Source of the DNA: a virus | Taxonomy: Duplodnaviria; Caudoviricetes | DNA length: 64,000 nucleotides | IMG/VR virus record: IMGVR_UViG_3300028832_000140 | Span: 3,153 to 67,152 of that record | Direction: 5' to 3' (one strand) | Shown: positions 28,260 to 37,712 of the stretch, in pieces | How positions within the stretch are numbered: the first letter of the stretch is position 1 | How the letters are laid out: every line of letters begins with the position of its first letter | The notes under the pieces: generated by a model | Told to the model about the DNA's origin: nothing | Seen by the model: the letters and a program-made list of their open reading frames with translations, nothing else | The model's database searches: none | Translations under genes and position numbers: made by a program

Positions 28260-29806
28260 TGCCCGATCCGACCTACAAGGACCTATTCTACATCAAGGAC
28301 GCGACAAACAACGTCATCTACCAGATAAAGGCGACTTCTCTCAAGGATGCCATCACTATCGCGTTGTCTGGTGACGTTGCAGGTTCCGCTTCCACCACGT
28401 TCGGGTCTAACGTGACCATTTCGGCTGTCATTGAGAACGGCGTGGTGACACATTCCAAGCTCGCAACCGACGCCGTGCAGAACGACGTTATCAAAGACAA
28501 CGAGATTACGAAGCCGAAGTTCAACTCGTCTGTATATGACGAAGTGAATGGTACAATCGCCGACGGCACTAACTCCAACCTTGCGACAAAGACGCAGGTC
28601 AAGGCCTACGTCGAGTCAGTCATCAGCTCCGAAGGCCACTACAAGGGCGTGCAGAGCGTGGCGACAATCAACACGTGGACTGCGGCGAACCTGCACAACG
28701 GCGACCGAGTGATTACATCCAGCGACCCTGCCGGTTCCGGTACCGGAACGCTAACGCTCGGGAACCTCCCCGTGGTAGACGGGCAGGAAGTCATCTTCTA
28801 CGTGTCCGACGACCAGAGCGTGAAGATTTGGCAGAGCTCCGAAGGCAACTACAAGCTTAAGCAGGCGGCGGTCTCGGACCCGACCGCAAGCGGAACGACA
28901 ATCACGGCCATTGACACCATTACGCAGAACGCGAACGGCGAGATCACCCCGACAAAGAAGACCATCCGCAGCGCCACCACATCCCAGACTGGCGTGGTCC
29001 AGCTTGCGGGCAGCATCGGGGCCACGGTGGCTTCCGAGAACAACAAGGCCGCCTCCGAGAAGGCGGTCAGGGACGCAATAAACGCCTTGGACTCCAACGC
29101 CACCAGCACGGACGGCACCAATGTCCAGGTCAAGGTGACGACTACGGACGGCATCGTTTCGGCGGTGAACATCACGACCGACAATACCGAAAACGTCAAC
29201 AACAAGACGGCGACCATCCGTGACGCTTCAAGCGCGGACGACGACAAGTACCCGACCGAGAAGGCGGTGCGTGCCGCTATCGACGCAATTGACGGGGGCG
29301 CTTCCGAGATGGGCGAGGTGGTGGCCGCATCGCTCAACGACCTGGACGCCCGCATCAAGGCTGTGGAAGAATCCGTGGCCGAGGAAAATCTCGGCGACCG
29401 CACGGCCGACAGCCTCGACGTGCAGGTGCTGAAAATCGGCGGCGACGAAATCGCCCCCGGCACGGCTACGCCAAATGCGGTAGGCAGTTCCGCATCCGTT
29501 GGTTCCTCCGGCAAGTACGCCCGCGAGGACCACACCCACAATATCGTAGTCGCAAGCGGCGACAGCGAAGGGCAGGTCAAGGTAGCTGGTCAGAACGCGA
29601 CCGTCAACGGATGGAGCGCCATCTCCGGCAAGGCGGGCTCCGCAATCCAGGGCGTGAAGGTGAACGGGACCGCACTCACTCCCGACAGCAACAAGGTCGT
29701 GGACATCCCTGCCGCAAGCACGAGCGCATACGGAGCCGTACAGTTCATGACATCCTCGGAGGCGGCAAGCCTCTGGGCTAACGCATGGGCCGCAGCCACG
29801 GCATAA
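28256..29806 (+). CDS. Tail fibre protein
   Basis: Thr/Ser/Ala-rich fibre modules (ATTSQTGVVQL, ASTSAYGAVQ). Confidence 0.7.
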   Translation: MMPDPTYKDLFYIKDATNNVIYQIKATSLKDAITIALSGDVAGSASTTFGSNVTISAVIENGVVTHSKLATDAVQNDVIKDNEITKPKFNSSVYDEVNGTIADGTNSNLATKTQVKAYVESVISSEGHYKGVQSVATINTWTAANLHNGDRVITSSDPAGSGTGTLTLGNLPVVDGQEVIFYVSDDQSVKIWQSSEGNYKLKQAAVSDPTASGTTITAIDTITQNANGEITPTKKTIRSATTSQTGVVQLAGSIGATVASENNKAASEKAVRDAINALDSNATSTDGTNVQVKVTTTDGIVSAVNITTDNTENVNNKTATIRDASSADDDKYPTEKAVRAAIDAIDGGASEMGEVVAASLNDLDARIKAVEESVAEENLGDRTADSLDVQVLKIGGDEIAPGTATPNAVGSSASVGSSGKYAREDHTHNIVVASGDSEGQVKVAGQNATVNGWSAISGKAGSAIQGVKVNGTALTPDSNKVVDIPAASTSAYGAVQFMTSSEAASLWANAWAAATA

Positions 29807-29824
29807 TGACAAGGAGAATCGCAA

Positions 29825-29998
29825 ATGTCGCAGACCTATGACAACAAGGCTATAACGGGCGCGGACCTTGAGACTATCCTCACATCCGCCGCATCGGAAA
29901 TCAAGAAGAAGCAGGACATCATCGACGCCGAGTACGACGCCGCAAACGGCATGATCGTGCTTAACAACATCGACATCAGCGTGGCGAGCTCCACGTAG
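29825..29998 (+). CDS. Small tail-region protein, 57 aa (not in ORF track)
   Basis: AAGGAG RBS; MSQTYDNKAITG matches the N-terminus of 33303. Confidence 0.7.
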   Translation: MSQTYDNKAITGADLETILTSAASEIKKKQDIIDAEYDAANGMIVLNNIDISVASST

Positions 29999-30015
29999 AC
30001 AAGGAGAATTGAACA

Positions 30016-31398
30016 ATGGCAGGAAGCTATATCAACAAGTACGCCGACGCGGCCGAATACGCGGCAGACACCGCACGCTCGGCCCTCGGCAAGAGCACCG
30101 TATCGCTGGAATCCGACAGCGGGGTCCTGCACTACGACGGCGTCAACGTTGAAATCCACAAGAAGGCCGTCAAGGTGGGCGACGCCGTGTACGTTGACGG
30201 CAGCGGCAACCTCCACTTCATCGACACTACCGGCACGGTCAACAACACTGACCTCACCACGGCTGTCGCAAGCGGCGGTCGCGGGTGGACTTCCGTCGGC
30301 GTTGTAGGCATGAGGAAGGGACAGAAAGCCTTGATATTGCACAAGACGGAGACCGAAACGAAGTACATCAACGCTTGGGCCTTCAAGGTTACGGGCTACG
30401 CGGCAGGAACGGCAATCGTCTTCAAGGCTTACACTGCCAGCGATACGACCGAATACGTGGAAGTGACCGGATTCACGCCTACCGCAGAGAACGTGGCGAG
30501 CGTCAGCGCCATGGCTACCGCCATGAACTCGTTCCTCACGACCAACCAGAACCCGACCGGAGCCGTGCAGACTAACTGGTCCGCATGCGTGATGAAGGAC
30601 GCGTCAGGCAACGACGCCGTGTTCATGCTCCTGGAAGGCAACTCGTCAAGCGGAGTCTACTACTCGCACAGACAGAGCCCCATCAAGAGCGGCGCTACGG
30701 CAACTCTCGCAACGTGGGACCTGCTCGGACTTACATCCGACAAGACCACGAACGCACGTGTCAACGGCTCGCACGACTTGCGTGCAGGATGGAACAAGGA
30801 CCAGCTCTACAACTACTACAAGGCCTCCACAAACCGCGATTCCGTGGGTTCACCGACAGACTCAATTACTAGCGGCGGCATTATCTCGGAGAAGGCGTGG
30901 AACAACAACAGCTTCCCGACGGTAAAGGCTTACTACGGCACGTGGGACAAGTACCTCGACAGCGTGATGCTCAAGGTTCCAGCCGGAGCGTATTCCTCGG
31001 ACGCCCTGCCTGTGTACTACGGCAAGGCGAAGGAAATCCAGGACAAGGCGAAGACGGTCACGTTCACGTCCGTCATCAGCGGCAGCGAGAAGAAGGTGTT
31101 CAAGGCTTTCGACGTGTCCGCGAGCGTATCCGACGGAGGCGCCGGTCTCGATTGGTACATGCCCGGCATAGAGGAGGCATTCGGGATATTCAGCCAGATG
31201 AAGGTTGACGGCTCCGACCCCGTGAACTCCGCCATGGTCAAGATAGGGAGTACCGCCCGCAACCTGGAACAGACGCGTTGGGTCCCTGCGCGCTATGCCA
31301 ACCTTAACGCGTGGTTCATGGCCGCCTACGGCTCCTTCACCTTCAGCGCCTTGGCCAACACTTCTCGGGCGTGTGCGGTGGCGCTCTTAAACCTTTAA
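30016..31398 (+). CDS. DGR target, putative receptor-binding protein with C-terminal CLec-like domain
   Basis: C-terminus DWYMPGIEE...RWVPARY..AW..G..RACAVALL carries the VR. Confidence 0.9.
   Translation: MAGSYINKYADAAEYAADTARSALGKSTVSLESDSGVLHYDGVNVEIHKKAVKVGDAVYVDGSGNLHFIDTTGTVNNTDLTTAVASGGRGWTSVGVVGMRKGQKALILHKTETETKYINAWAFKVTGYAAGTAIVFKAYTASDTTEYVEVTGFTPTAENVASVSAMATAMNSFLTTNQNPTGAVQTNWSACVMKDASGNDAVFMLLEGNSSSGVYYSHRQSPIKSGATATLATWDLLGLTSDKTTNARVNGSHDLRAGWNKDQLYNYYKASTNRDSVGSPTDSITSGGIISEKAWNNNSFPTVKAYYGTWDKYLDSVMLKVPAGAYSSDALPVYYGKAKEIQDKAKTVTFTSVISGSEKKVFKAFDVSASVSDGGAGLDWYMPGIEEAFGIFSQMKVDGSDPVNSAMVKIGSTARNLEQTRWVPARYANLNAWFMAAYGSFTFSALANTSRACAVALLNL
31274..31388 (+). repeat. DGR variable repeat (VR)
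   Basis: 115-nt ungapped match to TR; 25 mismatches, all opposite TR adenines. Confidence 0.97.
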
Positions 31399-31411
31399 CC
31401 TTTTTCAGCTT

Positions 31412-31435
31412 GGCGGCGGCCTCCGCGCCGTCGCC
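31412..31435 (+). promoter_or_regulatory. GC hairpin downstream of VR (DGR target-recognition element)
   Basis: ggcggcggc-ctccgc-gccgtcgcc, 13 nt after the target stop codon. Confidence 0.7.
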
Positions 31436-31467
31436 CTGCACCCTCTACACAAAGGAAACTACACGAT

Positions 31468-31908
31468 ATGCAGGAACTGCACAACGTAAAGGGCTCTCGC
31501 AAGAACGGCATCTACGTGGACTGCAAGCAGCTCGCGATGAGGCTCTACAAGCTCTCGTTCACGATGGCGAAGCGCGACCGCGTAATCTTCGGCGACCGCA
31601 TGCTGTCACTCGCCCTCGACTGCGTTGAGGACTTCGCTTTCGCGTACCAGTATCCCGAAAGGAGGGTGGAATATACCGAAAGGCTCATATTCGACTTCGG
31701 CAGGCTCAAGGAGCTTATGCGGATGGCGTGTGACCTCAAGATTATCTCGACGAAGCACTACGTGACGATTTTCGAGTACGTGGAGCGTATCGACGAAGGC
31801 GTAGGGAAATACCGCAAGTACGGAATTTCCAAGGTTCAGGCAGCCGCGGGTTCAAACGACGGCCGTGGCTCTGGTAACGAAAGACAAGAGGAGGCGACGG
31901 TATCATAA
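31468..31908 (+). CDS. avd: DGR accessory protein Avd (four-helix bundle)
   Basis: 146-aa helical protein between VR and TR; IFGDRM..ALD..RLKELMRMACDLKIIS. Confidence 0.85.
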   Translation: MQELHNVKGSRKNGIYVDCKQLAMRLYKLSFTMAKRDRVIFGDRMLSLALDCVEDFAFAYQYPERRVEYTERLIFDFGRLKELMRMACDLKIISTKHYVTIFEYVERIDEGVGKYRKYGISKVQAAAGSNDGRGSGNERQEEATVS

Positions 31909-31969
31909 ATACCAGTATCGGCAGTGCGCCTTATCCCGTGCATCCCCGGTTGTTCCGGTAGGGTTGTCT

Positions 31970-32084
31970 CGCGTTGGGTCCCTGCGCGCTATAACAACAA
32001 TAACGCGTGGTACATGAACAACAACGGCAACTTCAACAACAACAACTTGAACAACAATAATCGGGCGTGTGCGGTGGCGAACTT
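31970..32084 (+). ncRNA. DGR template repeat (TR)
   Basis: 17 AAY triplets in the VR frame, 37 adenines; lies between avd and RT. Confidence 0.97.
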
Positions 32085-32105
32085 GATTTCCCGTTACCGC
32101 TGGAG

Positions 32106-33296
32106 ATGGCTATGGTAAGACTGGAAGACTTGACAGAAGCGTATTTCATGGCCCGCGCAAACAAGCGCAGGTCAAACGATTCCGTCCGTTTCGAGGTTGG
32201 CTTCGAGACAGGTCTTGTCCGGCTCATGGACGACATCAACCGCCGTACATACACGGCCAGCTCCAACTACGCCTTCGTCGTGTTCTCCCCCAAGCCGAGG
32301 GAGATTTTCGCCACGGAGATGCGGAACAGGGTGGTACACCACTACCTCGACTGGAGACTGCGTCCGATATACGAGAAGGTTTTCAGCGACAGGACCTTCA
32401 ACAACCGCAAGGGCATGGGACTGCACAAGGCGATAGCGACTTTCCGCGAGGACGTGCGCGAGATGACCGCAGACTACACGCAGGACGCGTGGATAGCCCA
32501 CCTAGACATCAAGGGGTACTTCCCGAACGCAGACGTGGAAATCGCGCTCAAGCAGCAGCTCGACCTAATAGATACGTACTATGATGGAGAGGACAAGGAA
32601 GACCTCAAGTACATGATGACGGTCTGCATGCGCGCCGATCCTGCGAGACACTGCGACGTTTTCGTCCCGAGGACGAACTGGTCTGCCATCGCTCCCGAAA
32701 AGAGCCTATTCAACAAGCCGGTAGGCGTAGGCGGCGCGATAGGTTTCCTCTGCTGGCAGAACGCCATGGGGAACTACATCAACGATGTCGTGAAGTGGCT
32801 ACAGGGACACGAATTCCTGCGCATCGTTGTGTTCGTCGACGACATCTACGTGGTAACGTCCGACAAGGCAAGGTTCCTCGCCTTGATGCCAGTATTGCGT
32901 TCCAAGCTGGCCGCGCTTAATGTTCGCTTCAACGAGGGCAAGTTCTACATGCAGCACTACTCCAAGGGCGTGATGATGCTGGGTACGGTACTCAAGTTCC
33001 ACAGGCAGTACGCCAACAACGGGACCGTAAAGCGCGGATTCCGCAGGCTACGCGATTGGGCGGGTGTAGGCAGGATTAGAAAGGCCGACATTAACCGCAT
33101 GCTGTGTTCTCTGAATACATACTGCGGGATATTCAAGGGACACAACAACGGAAGGCACCTTGAGTTATTCATGGAGGAAGGATTGCGTAGGCTAGGCAAG
33201 TACGTGAAATGGAACGAGTCCAAGAAATGTTTCAACCTTGTCAGGAACTTTAACGACTATTTGATTTCCCGATATGCGGGCAGGAAGGCGGTGTAG
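32106..33296 (+). CDS. DGR reverse transcriptase
   Basis: KPREIFA..RNRVVHH, LDIKGYF, KSLF, IGFLCWQ, FVDD; start ATG 32106 or 32112. Confidence 0.93.
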   Translation: MAMVRLEDLTEAYFMARANKRRSNDSVRFEVGFETGLVRLMDDINRRTYTASSNYAFVVFSPKPREIFATEMRNRVVHHYLDWRLRPIYEKVFSDRTFNNRKGMGLHKAIATFREDVREMTADYTQDAWIAHLDIKGYFPNADVEIALKQQLDLIDTYYDGEDKEDLKYMMTVCMRADPARHCDVFVPRTNWSAIAPEKSLFNKPVGVGGAIGFLCWQNAMGNYINDVVKWLQGHEFLRIVVFVDDIYVVTSDKARFLALMPVLRSKLAALNVRFNEGKFYMQHYSKGVMMLGTVLKFHRQYANNGTVKRGFRRLRDWAGVGRIRKADINRMLCSLNTYCGIFKGHNNGRHLELFMEEGLRRLGKYVKWNESKKCFNLVRNFNDYLISRYAGRKAV

Positions 33297-33302
33297 ACGA
33301 TT

Positions 33303-35924
33303 ATGTCAGAGACTTACGACAACAAGGCTGTGAACGGCAAGGAACTTGCGGAGCAGACGCTCGTGGGCGTTGCCTCCGAAATCAAGCGGGAAGGATACGT
33401 CAGCGCCGCCGCCTTCAACGACGTGGTGGCTCGCCTCGTGGCCTTGGAAAAGGCGATGGCAGAACAGAACCTCGGAGAACGCACCGCCGACTCAATCGAC
33501 TCGCAATCGCTCAAGGTGGGCGGCACCGACGTCAAGACGAAGCAGGCCGCCAAGAGCAACCCTTCCGCAAGCAGCGGCAGTGCCACCACGTTCGTCGATA
33601 CGCTTTCGCAGAACGAAAACGGCGAAATTACGGCCACTCGCAGGGCCATGAAGCTGTACACGGGTACGGGCTCCAATACGGACGCACCGATGACGCAGAA
33701 GGCCGTCAAGGAAGCCCTTGATACTAAGGCCCCGATTGCATCGCCTACGTTCACGGGAACCCCTGCCGCACCTACCGCAAGCGGTTCTACGGACACCACG
33801 CAAATCGCGACTACGGCTTTCGTGCATGACGCCATCGAGAACGACCTCAAGAAGGCCGCCGATGTTTCGGGCATGGGCAACGACGACACCCACGCCTACA
33901 GCGGCGAGGCAGTCAGCATGGCCATTTCGTCGGCAGTCAGCGGTAACGTTGGCGGTTTCCTCGGCAACATGACCGTAGCGCAGATGAACGCCTACACTAA
34001 CCCGAAGATGGGCGACAACGCAATCGTGACGGACACGGGAACGATTACGGTAGGCTCCGAGTCGTGCGTTATTACTACGGCGCCATCCGAGGTGCGCTGG
34101 ACTACAAGCGGTTCGTGGAAGGTGTCTTCCGCTGGCTACGTGCGCGACACGCAGGTGGCGACTACGAGCGTCCTCGGCCTCGTCAAGTTGAACACGTCCA
34201 ACGGCGGCGTGGAACTTAACTCAAGCAACCAGATGGTCGTTCACGGGTGGAGTACCAAGCAGGACTCGTTGCCGTATGCAAACGGCAAGTATGGGATCGA
34301 CATCAGTGGAAGTTCAAGCTCGGCCTCTGTTGCAGGAGAACTGGAGAAGGTGTCGCTCGGACAGGTTGACGAACTGCCTGTTAGCCTCATCGTAAATTCA
34401 AATTTCAAGGCCGGGACGTTCCTTTTGAAAGGTGACGATTACGGAGGACAGCCTTACGTGTTCGGTAACGTTACGATTCCGAACAACCAATGGTATCGTT
34501 TTACCGTAAGCGGTCAAACGTCTACCGACTGCGTGATTACGCTTGAACCTTGTACTGGTGGTTCATCGTCCCCGTTCAACATCTTCAAGATTCTTGTAGA
34601 CAACGGGAGTTCAAGAACCGACAAGGTGATGAAGGTGGTGCGCGTGCCTTACGAGTCTACCTCGTCTGCCGTCGGTGATTCGTCAAAGCCGGTATACGTA
34701 GACGAAAGCGGAGAAATCAAGGAATGCAATCCGTCTAGCATGTCAGTCGGCTACGCTTCGGCCGCAGAGAGTGGGTCCGCATTGGCGCAGGCAATAGCCC
34801 CGGATGCCGACGTGGCTCTGATTGTATATGGCGATGCTACGTACTCGTCCGTGAAGGCACTGTACAACGCAGGGAAGAAACTCTACCTCGTGACTGGCGG
34901 CAACATCCAGCCTAGCGGAAAGTTTGAGTACCGCATACCCCTTACGCTAATTACCTACGATGCGAACAACGAGGTCAACGCCTTCTATTTCGAGTATGCG
35001 CAGGATGACCGAAACGGGGCATCGGAAGTATCGTCCATTGCCGTGTATCGTCTTGATTCTACCGGGTGGACATCTACGGCAAAGGCTGTCGGTTATGCCA
35101 CGAACGCTGGACATTCGTCTACAAGCGGTACGGCAACCAACGCCACGAACGACCACGGCGGCGCGAAGATAAGGGACGCGTACATATCTAATGTAGTCGA
35201 CAGCGTCTACGATGCGACTAACCCTCCTCAATACATTTATTCGTTTGACGGCGTCAGCGTCGCCGCGAACCAGGACGGATTCAGGGTGGCTACGCTGTCG
35301 AGGTACAAGATACCTTTCCCTCGCGTGTACTTCCACACGCGAAGTGAACTGACGGTGCGAAATCCGACAGACCAGTCTTCGACCACTCCTGATAATTGCG
35401 CATACATTATCAATAACTCAACCGCAAGTTTAGGATACAATGGTTTTACTTGTCTCGGTCATGAAAAACCAATAGGATACGGTCAAAAATATTATGGTGT
35501 CTGCTCGACAGATTTAATTGTTGGGTTGACAGAAATTGATTTCGATTTCAGCGCGACGTGGGTCAATCACACCATGGAACAGCAAAATTTCCCTCCGTCA
35601 TTCATGCAGATAGTGTTTGCCGCAACGTGGGACGAGAACGATTTTCAGCAATATCCTAATTGTGGCTATGGATTCGCACTAAATCATGAGAACATCTTCA
35701 CTACGACTAGAGGAAGCTACAGATTCGAATATGGAACTTCGGGCTTTAATAATGACATGCCAGTTATGGGACATGTGAGGATGGTCGGTGTTATTGGCAA
35801 TGCAGGATTAAGGCGTCTTTTTATCGGTGCGTTCCAACCGCGTTCAGATGCGTACATAAAAATGAAAATTTCGAACGTCAGAGTACGTGGAAATCTTGGC
35901 GCTATGGAAGCAAGCGTAATGTAA
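33303..35924 (+). CDS. Long tail fibre protein
   Basis: APIASPTFTGTPAAPT..DTTQIATTAFV fibre motif; modules shared with 28256 and 29825. Confidence 0.8.
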   Translation: MSETYDNKAVNGKELAEQTLVGVASEIKREGYVSAAAFNDVVARLVALEKAMAEQNLGERTADSIDSQSLKVGGTDVKTKQAAKSNPSASSGSATTFVDTLSQNENGEITATRRAMKLYTGTGSNTDAPMTQKAVKEALDTKAPIASPTFTGTPAAPTASGSTDTTQIATTAFVHDAIENDLKKAADVSGMGNDDTHAYSGEAVSMAISSAVSGNVGGFLGNMTVAQMNAYTNPKMGDNAIVTDTGTITVGSESCVITTAPSEVRWTTSGSWKVSSAGYVRDTQVATTSVLGLVKLNTSNGGVELNSSNQMVVHGWSTKQDSLPYANGKYGIDISGSSSSASVAGELEKVSLGQVDELPVSLIVNSNFKAGTFLLKGDDYGGQPYVFGNVTIPNNQWYRFTVSGQTSTDCVITLEPCTGGSSSPFNIFKILVDNGSSRTDKVMKVVRVPYESTSSAVGDSSKPVYVDESGEIKECNPSSMSVGYASAAESGSALAQAIAPDADVALIVYGDATYSSVKALYNAGKKLYLVTGGNIQPSGKFEYRIPLTLITYDANNEVNAFYFEYAQDDRNGASEVSSIAVYRLDSTGWTSTAKAVGYATNAGHSSTSGTATNATNDHGGAKIRDAYISNVVDSVYDATNPPQYIYSFDGVSVAANQDGFRVATLSRYKIPFPRVYFHTRSELTVRNPTDQSSTTPDNCAYIINNSTASLGYNGFTCLGHEKPIGYGQKYYGVCSTDLIVGLTEIDFDFSATWVNHTMEQQNFPPSFMQIVFAATWDENDFQQYPNCGYGFALNHENIFTTTRGSYRFEYGTSGFNNDMPVMGHVRMVGVIGNAGLRRLFIGAFQPRSDAYIKMKISNVRVRGNLGAMEASVM

Positions 35925-35948
35925 AAATTTAACAGAGAGGATAACTAA

Positions 35949-36476
35949 ATGGCAAAGAGCAACAAGGTACTGCTCAACATCGACCAGAGTTCAGATACTT
36001 CTGCGGAAGAAAAGGCGCGAGCACGTAACAACATCGGAGCCGTGGCCGGGTCGGAAGTTCCCGACCTTTTCGTGTGGCGATGGAACGATACGACTCCTCA
36101 ATGGACTATCGTGGGCGCTGACGAAATAGTGAGATTGTGGTATTCAAAGAACTATCATGTGAATAATGCCTCTATCGAACTAAACAGCTCTCATTCCAGT
36201 ATCTGCTTCATAGACGTTACTTTGCCTGAACTGAACGCTAACGAAACTTACAAACTGTCTTTCGAGATAGACATAAGAGCGGTAGGCGCAGATTATTCGA
36301 GTGCCAGCGTTGTAATTCGTATTGATTCAGAAACAAGCGGATTTACTCTTCTTCCAGAATACGATACGGACGGAAATGTCCCGTTGAACAGACTACAGCT
36401 TCCAGCGCAAGGCGCTACGGTCAAGCACAAGGTGTACGTTGACGGCCATGCGTTCAGGGTGGCCAGGCTTGCATGA
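35949..36476 (+). CDS. Tail-fibre-associated protein
   Basis: EEKARARNNIGA motif; position. Confidence 0.5.
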   Translation: MAKSNKVLLNIDQSSDTSAEEKARARNNIGAVAGSEVPDLFVWRWNDTTPQWTIVGADEIVRLWYSKNYHVNNASIELNSSHSSICFIDVTLPELNANETYKLSFEIDIRAVGADYSSASVVIRIDSETSGFTLLPEYDTDGNVPLNRLQLPAQGATVKHKVYVDGHAFRVARLA

Positions 36477-37144
36477 TTAACTTCCTACAGATAGCCATCA
36501 CCAACGAGTGCAACTTTTCCTGCTGGCATTGCCCGATGGGGAAGTGGCGCAACTCGGAGAAACCGAAGTTCCCGTTGAACAACGGCGAACTTTTGCCTTT
36601 CCTTGAACGCTACGTAGACCCGAAAAAGTGGGTAATCGAACTCACGGGCGGTGAGCCGACCTTGTATGAGGGCTTTGACGAACTGCTTGAGTGGATGTCT
36701 ACGCACGGCTATTACACGCTTGTCAAGACCAACGGAAGCAACCCTGTCAAACACTACGATAACGTGAAGGTATGCGCCGCGTTCCACCGACTTGAACAGC
36801 CTCCAAGATACTTTGACGAGTACCTAATCGTTGACAAGATTCAGCGGGAGGAGAAGGAAGCCTACTGCAAGGAGCGCGGGATACCGTACAAGGTAATTGG
36901 CTACAACAAGGAGAACCCGGACGACGCCACGTGCGGATTCACGTTCGTCGCGTTCGTAAACCCTGCCGGACACAACCTCTCATGCCCTGCCGACAGACCC
37001 GCGCAGCTCGTGGAAGGTTGCGACGATTACGGACGCATCAACCACCGCGAGTTCTTTTACGGGCGGTGCTGCAAGACTTGCAAGGCGGCGGTAGACGCGT
37101 GGCGCTTCCTGCCGGATGAAATCAAGGCAAGGGCTACGCAATAG
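36473..37144 (+). CDS. Radical SAM protein
   Basis: CNFSCWHC, ELTGGEPTL, TNGS; C-terminal Cys. Confidence 0.85.
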   Translation: MINFLQIAITNECNFSCWHCPMGKWRNSEKPKFPLNNGELLPFLERYVDPKKWVIELTGGEPTLYEGFDELLEWMSTHGYYTLVKTNGSNPVKHYDNVKVCAAFHRLEQPPRYFDEYLIVDKIQREEKEAYCKERGIPYKVIGYNKENPDDATCGFTFVAFVNPAGHNLSCPADRPAQLVEGCDDYGRINHREFFYGRCCKTCKAAVDAWRFLPDEIKARATQ

Positions 37145-37206
37145 TTTATTCATAAAACGATGACGATGTTTGATGGGAAATTGATTGATTATTGTAAACC
37201 GCCTAT

Positions 37207-37602
37207 TTGGAGGGGGAGTTGACATTGGACATCACGGGTATAGACATGGCCGCGCTCGGCACGGCACTGGGTTCAATAGGCGGCACGATTGCAGCCATTA
37301 TCAAGGCCGTAAAGTCGGGTAACGAGGCCGCGGCCGCGAAAGCCGAGACCGAGACAATACAGGCTGAACGAAAGGCGCAGGCAGAGCTCCGCGACAGGCA
37401 GGTGCAGGAACTGAATACAAAGTGCGCCGTGCTTGAAAACAGGATTTCCGCGAACGACAAGCGCCTTGACGAGGGAACGGCCAATTTCAAGCAGCTTGAT
37501 GCGAAAATCGACGATTTGCGAAATACCGTCGATAACAAGATCGACGGGTTGAGTTCATCTGTAAACCAACTGATCGGTGAAATCCGCGCCGGGAGGAAGT
37601 AG
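37207..37602 (+). CDS. Holin-like membrane protein
   Basis: One N-terminal TM segment then coiled coil; start TTG 37207 or ATG 37246. Confidence 0.5.
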   Translation: MEGELTLDITGIDMAALGTALGSIGGTIAAIIKAVKSGNEAAAAKAETETIQAERKAQAELRDRQVQELNTKCAVLENRISANDKRLDEGTANFKQLDAKIDDLRNTVDNKIDGLSSSVNQLIGEIRAGRK

Positions 37603-37605
37603 CGT

Positions 37606-37698
37606 ATGAAGGCTCTTGCAATAGTGGTTTTCATTCTTGTCGTAATCCTTCTTGGATTCTTTCTTTTTGACGACGACGACTGGACAAATATCAGCTAG
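37606..37698 (+). CDS. 30-aa membrane peptide (not in ORF track)
   Basis: MKALAIVVFILVVILLGFFLFDDDDWTNIS after GGAGG. Confidence 0.5.
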   Translation: MKALAIVVFILVVILLGFFLFDDDDWTNIS

Positions 37699-37712
37699 AA
37701 CGGAGGACAAGG

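Noticed and set aside
31924-32118. Asn-rich 64-aa ORF
   Set aside because: It is the translation of the DGR template repeat (AAC run), a non-coding template
32067-33296. RT as group II intron, retron or Abi RT
   Set aside because: A VR/TR pair with A-only mismatches and an adjacent avd identify it as a DGR; the ORF-track start 32067 lies inside TR
23687-36476. Second DGR target among other tail genes
   Set aside because: C-termini of 23687, 26710, 28256, 33303 and 35949 show no TR-like sequence by eye; a BLASTN of TR against the full genome would settle it
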